Positions 48,996-58,534 of a stretch of DNA of 64,000 nt are shown piece after piece. A program made the position numbers and the translations under genes. Within the stretch, counting starts at the first letter, position 1. Each line of letters starts with the position of its first letter. This DNA is from Spirochaetia bacterium (GTDB lineage: Bacteria > Spirochaetota > Spirochaetia > UBA9216). The notes under the pieces were generated by a model. That model saw only the letters and a program-made list of their open reading frames with translations, did not search any database and had not been told where the DNA came from. The stretch spans positions 1,984,001 through 2,048,000 of the forward strand of contig CAXXYH010000004.1 in assembly GCA_963677925.2 (NCBI GenBank). Reading direction: 5' to 3'.

Positions 48996-49032
48996 GACAG
49001 ATCGAAATCTGTCAGACAGATAAATATCTGTC
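48996..49032 (-). repeat. tandem twin hairpins GACAGAT-N4-ATCTGTC in the rpsB leader
   Basis: Copy 1 at 48996-49013, copy 2 at 49015-49032; mRNA loops UUCG and AUUU. Confidence 0.8.
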
Positions 49033-49053
49033 TCCTTCTCTTTTTCTCACCCA

Positions 49054-49635
49054 TTACGGGTGGAAGTTAAAATTATTTGCAATGAGCATGCCATAAAAAG
49101 TATTAATAGGCAACCCCATGACATTCGAGTAAGATCCTTTCACAGAAGCAATAAAGCATGCTCCCTTCTCCTGAATGCGGTATGAAGCGGCCACTCCCTG
49201 CCACTCATTCTGATCAAGATACCAGTCTATTTCAGCCTCGCTCATCGGGCTGAATGTAACTTCAGTTTCACAGATTTCGGTCTGAATTTCTTTTGAGGGA
49301 GCTTTCAGAGCAAGGCCGGTAATAACGGTATGAGTCTGTCCCTGAAGACTCTGAAGCATCTCTTCAGCCCCGGCTCTGTTTACGGGTTTGCCTATAAAGC
49401 GGTCGCCGAGGACAACGAAGGTATCTGCGCCGAGTATCCACTGCTCAGACGAGAAGCTGCTGCTGCGGATGTAAGAATCAACTTTTCGCGCGGCAATTAT
49501 TACGGCCTCTTCCGCTGCAGATTTTCCGGTAAATGTTTCGTCCGCATCCTGCGGGGCGGTTGTGAAGGTCAGTCCCATCTGTTTCAGCAGTTCGATCCTG
49601 CGCGGAGAGGCTGATGCCAGTATTAATTTTTCCAT
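49054..49635 (-). CDS. maf: Maf nucleoside triphosphate pyrophosphatase
   Basis: ILASASPRR, LGADT, GKP, NVMGLP. Confidence 0.93.
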   Translation of the reverse strand: MEKLILASASPRRIELLKQMGLTFTTAPQDADETFTGKSAAEEAVIIAARKVDSYIRSSSFSSEQWILGADTFVVLGDRFIGKPVNRAGAEEMLQSLQGQTHTVITGLALKAPSKEIQTEICETEVTFSPMSEAEIDWYLDQNEWQGVAASYRIQEKGACFIASVKGSYSNVMGLPINTFYGMLIANNFNFHP

Positions 49636-49644
49636 ATGTACGGT

Positions 49645-49881
49645 TTATATCCTTTTAAAAAGAAGGTAGCCGGCCGCGGCTCCTGCAGGGCTTCCGGGGT
49701 TGAGCATTATATATACCGATAGAACTCTGATGTCGAATCCGACTGGACCGACAGCCAGGTGAATATCGAATCCGGTGTATGAAAGCAGCAGTTCAAGTAT
49801 TTCCCACACGAGTGTGCCTATTATTATAAAAAGCACCAGGAAGCTGATAAATGCTCCCAGGTTTTTCTGAGTTATTTTCAA
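49645..49881 (-). CDS. small membrane protein (DUF4321-like)
   Basis: 78 aa with hydrophobic segments, GGAGG RBS, directly upstream of maf. Confidence 0.55.
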   Translation of the reverse strand: MKITQKNLGAFISFLVLFIIIGTLVWEILELLLSYTGFDIHLAVGPVGFDIRVLSVYIMLNPGSPAGAAAGYLLFKRI

Positions 49882-49894
49882 TTTGCCTCCGGGT

Positions 49895-50656
49895 TTAATC
49901 TGTTACGATTTCAACCGGACAGTGATCAGAGCCCATCACAGAGTCGAGGATTGCAGCGCTTTTAAGCCTGTCCGAAAAGCTGTTGTTTACGCAGAAATAG
50001 TCGATTCTCCACCCCACGTTTCTTTCGCGTGCTTTGATTCTATAGGACCACCATGAGTATTTCTCCGGTTCGTCACAGAACTTTCTGAATGTATCGGTAT
50101 AACCGGCGGCGATGAAGGAGTCCATCCATTCCCGCTCTTCAGGCAGGTAGCCGGGGTTTTTTTCATTCTGTTTCGGGTTTGCCAGGTCTATCGGCTTATG
50201 GGCTACATTGTAGTCGCCGCAGAGTATTATGTTTTTTCCCTCTTCAACGGTTTTATTGCAGTACTCGAGTACTGCATTGTTGAAGCGGAGCTTATAGTCC
50301 AGCCGTTTTCCGGCATCCTGGCTGTTGGGAAAGTAGCAGTTGATAAGTTTGAAATCGGTGTATTCGAGAATGATGCTCCTTCCTTCGGCATCAAATTCAT
50401 CGATACCAAGCGTCTCGACTGAAATCGGCTCTTCTTTTGCGTAAGTGACAACCCCGCTGTAGCCTTTTTTCTCGGCTGAAGCAAACCATGAACGGTAGCC
50501 TGCAGGCGACATGAATTTATCATCCAGCTGTTCAGGCTGGGCTTTTGTTTCCTGGAGGCATACAAAGTCTGCATCCTTCTCTGCTATCCAGTCGAAAAGG
50601 CCTTTCTTTTCGATTGCCCGTATTCCATTAACATTCCATGATACAAATGTCTTCAA
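49895..50656 (-). CDS. xth: exodeoxyribonuclease III
   Basis: SWNVNGIRA, CLQETK, GYSGV, GDYNVAH, WRIDY, GSDHCP. TTG start at 50656 after AGGGGG. Confidence 0.95.
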   Translation of the reverse strand: MKTFVSWNVNGIRAIEKKGLFDWIAEKDADFVCLQETKAQPEQLDDKFMSPAGYRSWFASAEKKGYSGVVTYAKEEPISVETLGIDEFDAEGRSIILEYTDFKLINCYFPNSQDAGKRLDYKLRFNNAVLEYCNKTVEEGKNIILCGDYNVAHKPIDLANPKQNEKNPGYLPEEREWMDSFIAAGYTDTFRKFCDEPEKYSWWSYRIKARERNVGWRIDYFCVNNSFSDRLKSAAILDSVMGSDHCPVEIVTD

Positions 50657-50667
50657 ATAAATCCCCC

Positions 50668-51609
50668 TTAGTTCAGCGGAAACAGGATTCTGGCCATATA
50701 AATAACAAAAATAAGTGTAAAAACACATGCCAGGGTGGAGTACATAACGGTTTTAGCCGCGAATTCCGCTTCACCTTTCTGTTCAACGGCTATTATAACA
50801 GTATTTACAGCGGTTGGAAGCCCTCCGGAAATGAACAGGGTCTGTGCCAGTGCTCCTTCAAGGTTCATAATCCTGATAAGGATATACGATAGAACCGGTG
50901 CTCCGATAAGCTTTACTGCAACAGCCAGAACGGCGGTGCTGTCAATTTTGGTTACCTCTGTTGATGCAAGCTGAACGCCGAGTGTTACCAGGATGAATCC
51001 AATCATTGCATCCTTAATATATTCGAATGCAGGCCAGACGAAAGTTGTTTCAAGTCTGAAATCAAAGTTTTTCAGAAGCAGAGCAAGAATAATTGCATAG
51101 ATTGCCGGAAGCTTTAGAAGATTGAGCAGAGAATCCTTCCAATGCATCGTATGTCTTCCTGCGTTATAGAACCCTATTGTATTAATAGCCATGGACTGAA
51201 TGAGCATTATTGTGATTTGAACAATAAGTGCATCCTGAACATAGGGTGTACCATCGAATACGAGTAAAATCAGCGGTATCCCAATATTTCCAGAATTATA
51301 GAAAAAACATGCACTTACAAAGGCATATTTTTTTTTCATTTCGTATTTCCGAATAGTTGCTATCAGGAAAGCTGCAAGATACATCAGGCTGAGAAACAGC
51401 AAGGAATATATCAGAACACTGGAGATGCTTCCGGATAGATCGTTGGTATAAATAACCGCAAAAGTAAAGATCGGCATGAATGCATAAAGATGCATTTTTG
51501 CTAGTGTTTTCATATCAAGTTTGAAATTTTTACCGAGTATAAATCCAACTGTAATAAGTATGAAAATAGGTACAATGTTATGAGTTAAAATATGTAGGAA
51601 TACCTGCAT
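50668..51609 (-). CDS. AEC-family (malate permease-like) transporter
   Basis: About 10 TM; NSGNIGIP, LGVQL, KLIGAP, PTAVN. Confidence 0.88.
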   Translation of the reverse strand: MQVFLHILTHNIVPIFILITVGFILGKNFKLDMKTLAKMHLYAFMPIFTFAVIYTNDLSGSISSVLIYSLLFLSLMYLAAFLIATIRKYEMKKKYAFVSACFFYNSGNIGIPLILLVFDGTPYVQDALIVQITIMLIQSMAINTIGFYNAGRHTMHWKDSLLNLLKLPAIYAIILALLLKNFDFRLETTFVWPAFEYIKDAMIGFILVTLGVQLASTEVTKIDSTAVLAVAVKLIGAPVLSYILIRIMNLEGALAQTLFISGGLPTAVNTVIIAVEQKGEAEFAAKTVMYSTLACVFTLIFVIYMARILFPLN

Positions 51610-51723
51610 CTGCTACTGCCTTGAGTTAATAAGTTAGCTGTATTATACAGAAAAAACTTAAAATAATCAGATGTTTCTTTGAATATAATCAGTTTGATAA
51701 ATATACGTGAACGGGGATTATGT

Positions 51724-51831
51724 ATGAAAAAAAATCAACAGATAAGGCTCCCGGCGCGACGCTGTGTGGCTGTAAAACAGCTTCCTAAGAGTGTAAAGGT
51801 TGAGGTTGAGGTAATTGCGGCTGTGAAATAA
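51724..51831 (+). pseudogene. RidA/YjgF C-terminal remnant (35 aa)
   Basis: Translates MKKNQQIRLPARRCVAVKQLPKSVKVEVEVIAAVK*. PAR.CV.V..LP...KVEVE.IA is the RidA C-terminus; the upstream ~95 aa are absent. Confidence 0.75.
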
Positions 51832-51850
51832 TCTTCTTAATCAAAACTCA

Positions 51851-51879
51851 ACTCAGATATGCTTTCTGTATATCTGAGT
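51851..51879. terminator. hairpin between the convergent RidA remnant and the ABC-F gene
   Basis: ACTCAGATAT...ATATCTGAGT inverted repeat; no long T-run. Confidence 0.45.
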
Positions 51880-51885
51880 AAGGAT

Positions 51886-53817
51886 TTATCCCAGCTCCAG
51901 CTTCAGTTGTTCAAGTTCATCCCAGCGCTCAAGCTTAGATGCCAGTTCTTCTTCCTTCTGCTCAATGGAGTCCTGAACTGATTTAGCTTTCTGCGGATCG
52001 GAGTAAACTTCTTCCTTCTGCAGCTGTCCGTTTAACCCGGCAATCTGAGCCTCAATCTCTTCCATCTCAAGCATCAGCTGCTCTTCTTCCCGCTCATACT
52101 TGCGTCTTAGGTTTTTCAGGCGCTTTTCTTCCTGGTGATCGAGTTTTGCCTCGCTGATCTGGGCTGATTGTCCGGATTCCTCATATTGGGCGGCAGCCTC
52201 TTCCAGTTCGTTTTCTTTTCGCCAGAGGTAGTACTTATAGTCGCCGGGAAACATCCGGTGCTGACCGTCCTCCAGTTCAAGAACCTTTGTTGCCAGATTT
52301 TCAATGAAATACCTGTCATGCGAAACAAATACCAGGGTGCCTGTATATGAGTTGAGAGCATCAAGCAGAACCTGTTTTGACTGCAGGTCGAGATGGTTTG
52401 TCGGTTCGTCAAGAATGAGCAGATTCGCCGGATGCAGAAGCAGTTTCAGAAGTGAAAGCCTGTTTTTCTCTCCTCCGCTGAGTACTGATGCGGATTTGTA
52501 AATATCATCACCCCTGAACAGGAAGGCTCCCAGCATTCCGCGTATTTCCGGTATCAGGTGGGTCGGAGCATCAGCTTCCGCTTCTTCAAGGACTGTTCTG
52601 CTAGTGTCGATTGCAGATTCAATGTCCTGGGAAAAATATCCAGGTGCTACTCCGCTGCCGTAATTGATTACTCCGCTGTAATCGCTGTCCACCCCGGCAA
52701 TTATGCGCATCAGTGTAGATTTACCCGCTCCGTTGCGTCCGGCAATTACCAGTTTCTCACCGGCCTCAAGCTGAAGTTCCAGGTTGTTAATTACTTTCAA
52801 ATCTCCGTAAGCCTTGTTAAGCCCTTCTATCCGAAGAACCTGTCTGCCGGAGTGGGGCGGCTGTGGAAACTTAAAGTGTATCTTCTTCATGCTTTCGGGG
52901 ATCTGAATGCGCTCAATTTTATCGAGCTGTTTGATCCGGCTCTGGACCATATTTGCCTTTGAGGCATTGTAGCGGAACCGGTTTATAAACTCTTCAAGCT
53001 TTGCAATTTCTTCCTGCTGCCTGTTGAACTGTTTAATCAGAAGTTCAATTTCTATCTCACGCTTCTTTTCATAAGAGCTGTAATTACCCTTGTAGATCTT
53101 CAGTTTGCCGGTAAACAGCTCGGCTACCTCATTGACAGTGGCGTCAAGAAAAAATCTGTCGTGCGAGACGATGAGGAAGCCGCCCTGAAATGAGTTGAGG
53201 TAGCTTTCCAGCCAGTTTCTTGCCTCAAGATCAAGGTAGTTTGTAGGTTCGTCGAGCAGTATTACATCGGGAGTGGAAAGCAGCAGTCTTGCAAGCGCTA
53301 TTCTCATCTGCCATCCGCCTGAAAACTCGTCAGTATTCCGGCCGAAGTCTGAAACCGAGAACCCCAGACCGGTCAAAATAGCTGATGCCGACTCTTTCCG
53401 TGAGTAGTATCCGCTTCTTTCTATGCTCTCCTGTAGCTCATGAAGCCTTTCAAGCAGTCCGGCGGTTTCAGGCGAATCGGCGTTTACTCCGCTGAGTCTG
53501 TGCTCTATATCTTCTTTTTCAGAGATTACAGGTGATATGTATTCAAAGGCGGTTTCTGCTTCCTCGATCAAGGGTCTGCCTGACATTACAATTCCGGACT
53601 GAGGAAGATAGGCAACCCTTGATTTTTTATCCTTTATAATATCACCGCTGTCCGCGGCTGAAATTCCGGCAATAATTTTCATCAGGGTGGACTTGCCGCT
53701 TCCGTTTCCGCCGGAGAGGGCAGTCCTGCTTTTATCCGATAGATTAAGGTTTATGCCGTCGAGGATTCTTCTTTCCCCGAAATTAAGAGTTATATCAGTT
53801 AGTTGAACATGTGCCAT
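51886..53817 (-). CDS. ABC-F family ribosome-associated ATPase (YheS/Uup-like)
   Basis: Two ABC domains (GGNGSGKST/FSGGWQMR; GRNGAGKST/LSGGEKNR), no TM, C-terminal coiled coil. Confidence 0.93.
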   Translation of the reverse strand: MAHVQLTDITLNFGERRILDGINLNLSDKSRTALSGGNGSGKSTLMKIIAGISAADSGDIIKDKKSRVAYLPQSGIVMSGRPLIEEAETAFEYISPVISEKEDIEHRLSGVNADSPETAGLLERLHELQESIERSGYYSRKESASAILTGLGFSVSDFGRNTDEFSGGWQMRIALARLLLSTPDVILLDEPTNYLDLEARNWLESYLNSFQGGFLIVSHDRFFLDATVNEVAELFTGKLKIYKGNYSSYEKKREIEIELLIKQFNRQQEEIAKLEEFINRFRYNASKANMVQSRIKQLDKIERIQIPESMKKIHFKFPQPPHSGRQVLRIEGLNKAYGDLKVINNLELQLEAGEKLVIAGRNGAGKSTLMRIIAGVDSDYSGVINYGSGVAPGYFSQDIESAIDTSRTVLEEAEADAPTHLIPEIRGMLGAFLFRGDDIYKSASVLSGGEKNRLSLLKLLLHPANLLILDEPTNHLDLQSKQVLLDALNSYTGTLVFVSHDRYFIENLATKVLELEDGQHRMFPGDYKYYLWRKENELEEAAAQYEESGQSAQISEAKLDHQEEKRLKNLRRKYEREEEQLMLEMEEIEAQIAGLNGQLQKEEVYSDPQKAKSVQDSIEQKEEELASKLERWDELEQLKLELG

Positions 53818-53824
53818 CTTTTAT

Positions 53825-55114
53825 CTATTCACCGGCTCCGGACATAAAAATGACAAGCGGTGAACTGCTTTCCCTCTCTACAATATTCCTGTCAATATCT
53901 GCAGGCGGTACATATACAAGCTTGATTCCAAGGTCTGAAAGCTCAAAGAGAAAGTTGACCAGTCCGCCGGCTGGAATCCCGTCAAATGAAAATGAAATTA
54001 CACCGTCGTAATCTGAAGCAATAGCCGATCCGGGGAAGTAGTTGAGCAGTATTATGCCTGTATTTCCGGATTTATCGGGTATTGCATTGGGTACAAGTCT
54101 TCCGAAGTCGGTCCAGGTAAATGCTTCATCTTCTTCAAAGGTGATTCTTCCGTATGCGGAGCTTGAAACGGTTCCGAGGTCTGCAAGTGCCTGGTATAAA
54201 AGTTCTCTTCTTTCAATTTCCGAGTCAATTCTTTCTTCGATGTTATCTATGTATATCATTGCCTCGGCATATTCACGGTTATTATGTGTGTAATATGCTG
54301 CAATCCTGTCTTCAGAGCGCACCTCAATCTGCAGCGATGTTCCCTCAAAGATAAACCTTCCGCTGTTGTTCCTCGTTATCCTGGAATAATTGAACTCTGT
54401 TGAAAAATCTTCGGTTACAAGTTCAATCCGTTTTTCTTCAGGAAATGAAAAAATTCCTGTGGTTGTCCTGAATCTGGAAAGGTCGATGGTATTTTTTCTT
54501 ATCATATCAAGAAAAAAGTCAGGACGGTATACCTTTGACAGAAAGATATCGAGCATAGGATCTTTTACGCTGTCTGAATCCTCGGTGCTCTGAGTCTTGA
54601 TATTAAAAAGTCTAAGATTCAGATCAAAGCAGTAGCCGGTTGTTCCGTCTTCTGTAAGTACTGTATACCAGTATCCCTCCGATCCCGCAATGGTTTCAGG
54701 TGAAGGCTCTCTGCTGATGATTTTTAAAAGCTGCTGTTCACGAAGTTTGTATACGCGTTCGGACTGAATATCAGGTTCCTGTCTGATTGATAGTCCGTTT
54801 TTCATGGTTTCAGCATAAATGTCTTTGTACTCTGCATATTCTGAAGCGAAGGCCTGGGCATCGCTTTCTTTTTCAAAAAAATTTACTTTCCATCTGCTGA
54901 CTGCGGCTTTACTGCTGTCAGCGGTTTCAAGGGTATATTCGTCTCTGATTTCAGATTCTTCGGTAACAGGCAGTACAGATCCGGCTTCCAGTTTGTTTTT
55001 ATCATCATCCATATAAACAACACCATAGCCGATGGAGCCTGAGCCGCAGGAGTGAAGTGTTGAAAGTATAACAATAATAGAAAAAAGCCGGAGTCGGCGT
55101 TTGGGGTCTAGCAT
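53825..55114 (-). CDS. lipoprotein with a bacterial SH3-like domain
   Basis: Lipobox LHSC; GLSIRQEPD...WYTVLTEDGTTGYCF. Confidence 0.7.
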   Translation of the reverse strand: MLDPKRRLRLFSIIVILSTLHSCGSGSIGYGVVYMDDDKNKLEAGSVLPVTEESEIRDEYTLETADSSKAAVSRWKVNFFEKESDAQAFASEYAEYKDIYAETMKNGLSIRQEPDIQSERVYKLREQQLLKIISREPSPETIAGSEGYWYTVLTEDGTTGYCFDLNLRLFNIKTQSTEDSDSVKDPMLDIFLSKVYRPDFFLDMIRKNTIDLSRFRTTTGIFSFPEEKRIELVTEDFSTEFNYSRITRNNSGRFIFEGTSLQIEVRSEDRIAAYYTHNNREYAEAMIYIDNIEERIDSEIERRELLYQALADLGTVSSSAYGRITFEEDEAFTWTDFGRLVPNAIPDKSGNTGIILLNYFPGSAIASDYDGVISFSFDGIPAGGLVNFLFELSDLGIKLVYVPPADIDRNIVERESSSPLVIFMSGAGE

Positions 55115-55186
55115 TAAAGCCTCCGTTTGCGTGTTGTAACGCTATTTTGTACTTTATTTACTGTTTACGCAAGTGTTTATGGCTGA

Positions 55187-56047
55187 CTACATTCTGCAGA
55201 TAATGAGAATACGGCCCTCTTTGATGAGTCTGCTGTTAAGTCCGCTGTAAAGAATTTTACGGGCGGATTCATCCCTGATGATCATGTCGGTATGATTATT
55301 TCCGAATATCTGAACAGCTGTAGTACGGTAGGGGTACTGTCCTATTCTGTTTTCAAAATCAGATTCATCTGTTGTTTCCGAGTACATCACGAATCCCCAC
55401 CTTTCAAGGTATTCGGGATCAGCCATATCTGCGGAAGCAACAATTTCCATATCCTGATTATAAATAACCGGAAAGAGCGCCGGCTGAAGTTCTCCCTTTG
55501 TTTCTCCTTCACCGTAGAAGGGCAGGGTATCATAGGCATAAATGATGATTCCTGAAAAAACTGCGGACGGTTCGTAGTTAAGTTCCTGAGGCGTGGGGGT
55601 TCTTCTTCCCTGTATATCCAGGAGAAGCGGAATTATATCCTTGTAGATATTGTACTCGTATACGTTTTTTATAGTACTTAGATCCATGCTCATGTTGCTT
55701 GAGATTCTGGTCATTGAAAAATTGAGATCTTCAAAACGGCTTAGCCTGTCATGATCCATCTGAAGCCATTCGCCGACGCTGTAAAGTGAATCAAGGTACA
55801 TTCCGTGAAGTGCATCGGTGGCAATACCTGAAAGCTTGCGGTCGATTATTTCCGAGATTCTGAACCTTTCGGATGTTATATTGCCTGATTTTCCGGTAAT
55901 AGGTGCTTCTGCTGTAATCCGGATGATTCCGGTAGTCCAGCTGATATCAATATCACTGGTAATTTGATCCTGGCCGGATGCTGAAAAAGCAGCTGTAAAA
56001 AATAAAATGCAGAGTAAAATATATCTGAAAGTTCGTGACTGTATCAC
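55187..56047 (-). CDS. secreted hypothetical protein in the mltD operon
   Basis: Signal peptide; 4-bp overlap with the mltD stop. Confidence 0.65.
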   Translation of the reverse strand: MIQSRTFRYILLCILFFTAAFSASGQDQITSDIDISWTTGIIRITAEAPITGKSGNITSERFRISEIIDRKLSGIATDALHGMYLDSLYSVGEWLQMDHDRLSRFEDLNFSMTRISSNMSMDLSTIKNVYEYNIYKDIIPLLLDIQGRRTPTPQELNYEPSAVFSGIIIYAYDTLPFYGEGETKGELQPALFPVIYNQDMEIVASADMADPEYLERWGFVMYSETTDESDFENRIGQYPYRTTAVQIFGNNHTDMIIRDESARKILYSGLNSRLIKEGRILIICRM

Positions 56048-57305
56048 TGCTGGTTTCCTCCAGGTACCTGAATGACAGTACCGGCTTTAATGATTCCGTC
56101 AGCTGGAATGCCGTTGTTTGCAGCAAGGGTTTCAGCGCTGGTATCGTGTTTCATAGCTATACTCCACAGTGTATCGCCTGAGATAACCGTGTATGGAACG
56201 GTTTGGGCCCAGGATTCGGTTTCCCCGCTTTCTATCCGGTAGGGGCCTGTGTCGTTTATAACCGGAATGATTATATTCTGACCGCTTCTGAGTGTCTGCG
56301 GATTTGCACCCGGATTATAGCTCTGAATCATAGACACAGGTATCCCGAAATGTTTTGAAAGCGCATAGAATGTGTCGCCGCTCTGAATTACATGAATGTA
56401 GAAACGAAGCAGCTTCTCATCATCGTTTTCAAGCACATTTACTATATTATCGGTGAATTCGTATGGAACCTTCAGATAATACCCGGAACCGGCCGGAGGA
56501 GTAATTCCGTAGCGAAGTTCGGCATTTCCCTGTTCAAGTACTGAAAGCGGTACCCCCGATTCCTTTGCCAGCATATCGAGATCAACGGCCTGTTTAAGTT
56601 CTATTCTTTTCCAGTAACCCGAAAGCGAAGCCTCATCTTTTTCCGTGTAGAATCCGTAACGGCCGCGATGTGTAGCGATATGGATAAATGCCAGAAACTT
56701 CGGCACATAATTTCTTGTCTCTTTGGGTATAAGCCCCTGCTCATAGAGTTCGATATAATCGGTACTGCCGGAAGCTGCAACAGCACGCTGGACTCTTCCC
56801 AGCCCGCAGTTATAGGCGGCAATGGCCAGGAACCAGTCGCCCAGTTTGCTGTAATTGTACTGAAGCTTGGATAATGCCGCCTCTGTAGCCTTCCAGAAAT
56901 CCCGGCGATCATCCTGCCATTCATTAACGTCTATATCATAGGGTGAAATGCTGTTCATCATAAACTGCCAGAGCCCGGAGGCTCCGGATCTTGAAACAGC
57001 CCATGGTTTGAAGCCTGATTCGATTGCCGGCAGGTACATAATCTCTGGCGGCATCTCCCTTTCAAGCAGAAGATCGTAGATGAAGCCGGCATAGGGCTCT
57101 GATCTTTTGAGAATGCTCACTACGGTTTTGCGGCCGTGTTCGGTGAGATATTCGCTTATGTAATAATCAATAAGGGGATCTGCCGGCGGAGTAATGGAAT
57201 AAAGATCCGGTCCTCCTATATCATGAAATCCTGTAATCTTGATTTCAGAAGAAAATGCCGTAACGGCGAGTATGCTGAAAATTATAAAAAAAAAACTTTA
57301 TTCAT
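56044..57305 (-). CDS. mltD: LysM lytic transglycosylase MltD; frameshifted in a T10 tract near the start
   Basis: SLT motifs (LPAIESGF, ASGLWQFM, AAYNCG, ETRNYV) and two LysM domains. The catalytic frame is open to 57297. ATG 57305 becomes in frame only with T11 or T8 at 57286-57295. Confidence 0.85.
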
Positions 57306-58437
57306 CCCTGTTCCCGGAGAAGGGCTTTTCACCTAGGTAGATCCCGGCCCATTCCCATTTTCCGTTTATTTCAGGATCGGCAGGAAATGATATTTTCCTG
57401 AAGTATAAATACCAGGTAGGTATACGGAATGACCATCCCCATGTTTCAAGGTAGGCTTCCTGAAGGTTTGAGTCAGAGTTCAGCTCAGAGGCGCATCGTA
57501 ATCTGGAAGTCATGAAAATACCGATATCCGAATAAAATCCTTCGATATCGTCGATTGTATTCTCATTACTATCCTCTTCCCAGGCCTGCGTAAAGAAGTT
57601 AACCTTTGCCATGTATCTGTTAAGTCTTGATGGGTTTCTGCCCCATATAGCCCACTGAACATACTTTGTAAGATCTTCAAGGCTGTCCATTATCCAGCCT
57701 TTGTCGCGGTAATCGTAAAAGGCTATCATATCCGCTATCTCTGTGTGAGCCTGGGGTTCTCCGGGGATTTTACTGTCCGGGTAAAGCAGGAAATTACGGT
57801 ATGCCTGCACGGCAAGGGCCCACTCTCCAAGTTCCTCATATGTTTTGCCCATGTAGTAATAAACCGGTCCCTTATCGATCAGTTCCAGATCAGTATAAAG
57901 CTCATCGGGCTCGCTGAATCTTGCAATCAGCTCCTTGTAGTAGTTAACCCTGACTGCGGGTTCTTCTATCATCTGAATGAGGTTCTTGAGGCATATGTAA
58001 TGAACTGATCTTCCCTGAACCAGAAGGTCGGGATAGTTTTTCAGAATCCGTTCGTAGTAATGAGTCGCAAAGGGATAGGCCCCGTTGTTGTAATAGTTTT
58101 CAGCTACTATAAGCAGGTAGTAAGCATTAAATGGATTGTCAGGATGATTTTCCACGTATGCGGTAAGAAAAAGGTTCAGCTTTTCGGCCTTATCAGCCTG
58201 ATGCAGAAGTTTTATGATCTGCTGAATAAGAGCAAGAGCACTCTCGTATTCGCCCTCGTTTTCCTTCACACCCTCAAAGAGGATTCTAAGCTGCTTTTTT
58301 TCTTCGGAAGTTCCATCGATGTAGTAGTTTACCGGATCAAAGAATCTTGAATACACCCAGTCTTTCGGGTTTCTGCAACCTGTGAATGAGAGCAGAATCA
58401 GTATTGCCGCGATTGAAGTAAATATTATCCTGCGCAT
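57298..58437 (-). CDS. TPR-containing lipoprotein
   Basis: Lipobox FTGC after MRRII; TPR-like YYYMGKTYEELGEW; C-terminal GKWEWAGIYLGE. Confidence 0.75.
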   Translation of the reverse strand: MRRIIFTSIAAILILLSFTGCRNPKDWVYSRFFDPVNYYIDGTSEEKKQLRILFEGVKENEGEYESALALIQQIIKLLHQADKAEKLNLFLTAYVENHPDNPFNAYYLLIVAENYYNNGAYPFATHYYERILKNYPDLLVQGRSVHYICLKNLIQMIEEPAVRVNYYKELIARFSEPDELYTDLELIDKGPVYYYMGKTYEELGEWALAVQAYRNFLLYPDSKIPGEPQAHTEIADMIAFYDYRDKGWIMDSLEDLTKYVQWAIWGRNPSRLNRYMAKVNFFTQAWEEDSNENTIDDIEGFYSDIGIFMTSRLRCASELNSDSNLQEAYLETWGWSFRIPTWYLYFRKISFPADPEINGKWEWAGIYLGEKPFSGNRDE

Positions 58438-58534
58438 ATCAGATTGAGATTCTATCACAATCACCTGCTTATTGAAAGGGGCCATGTGATCTGATAAAAT
58501 CAGGCTTAACGTACTACAGAGGAGTATTTCAATT

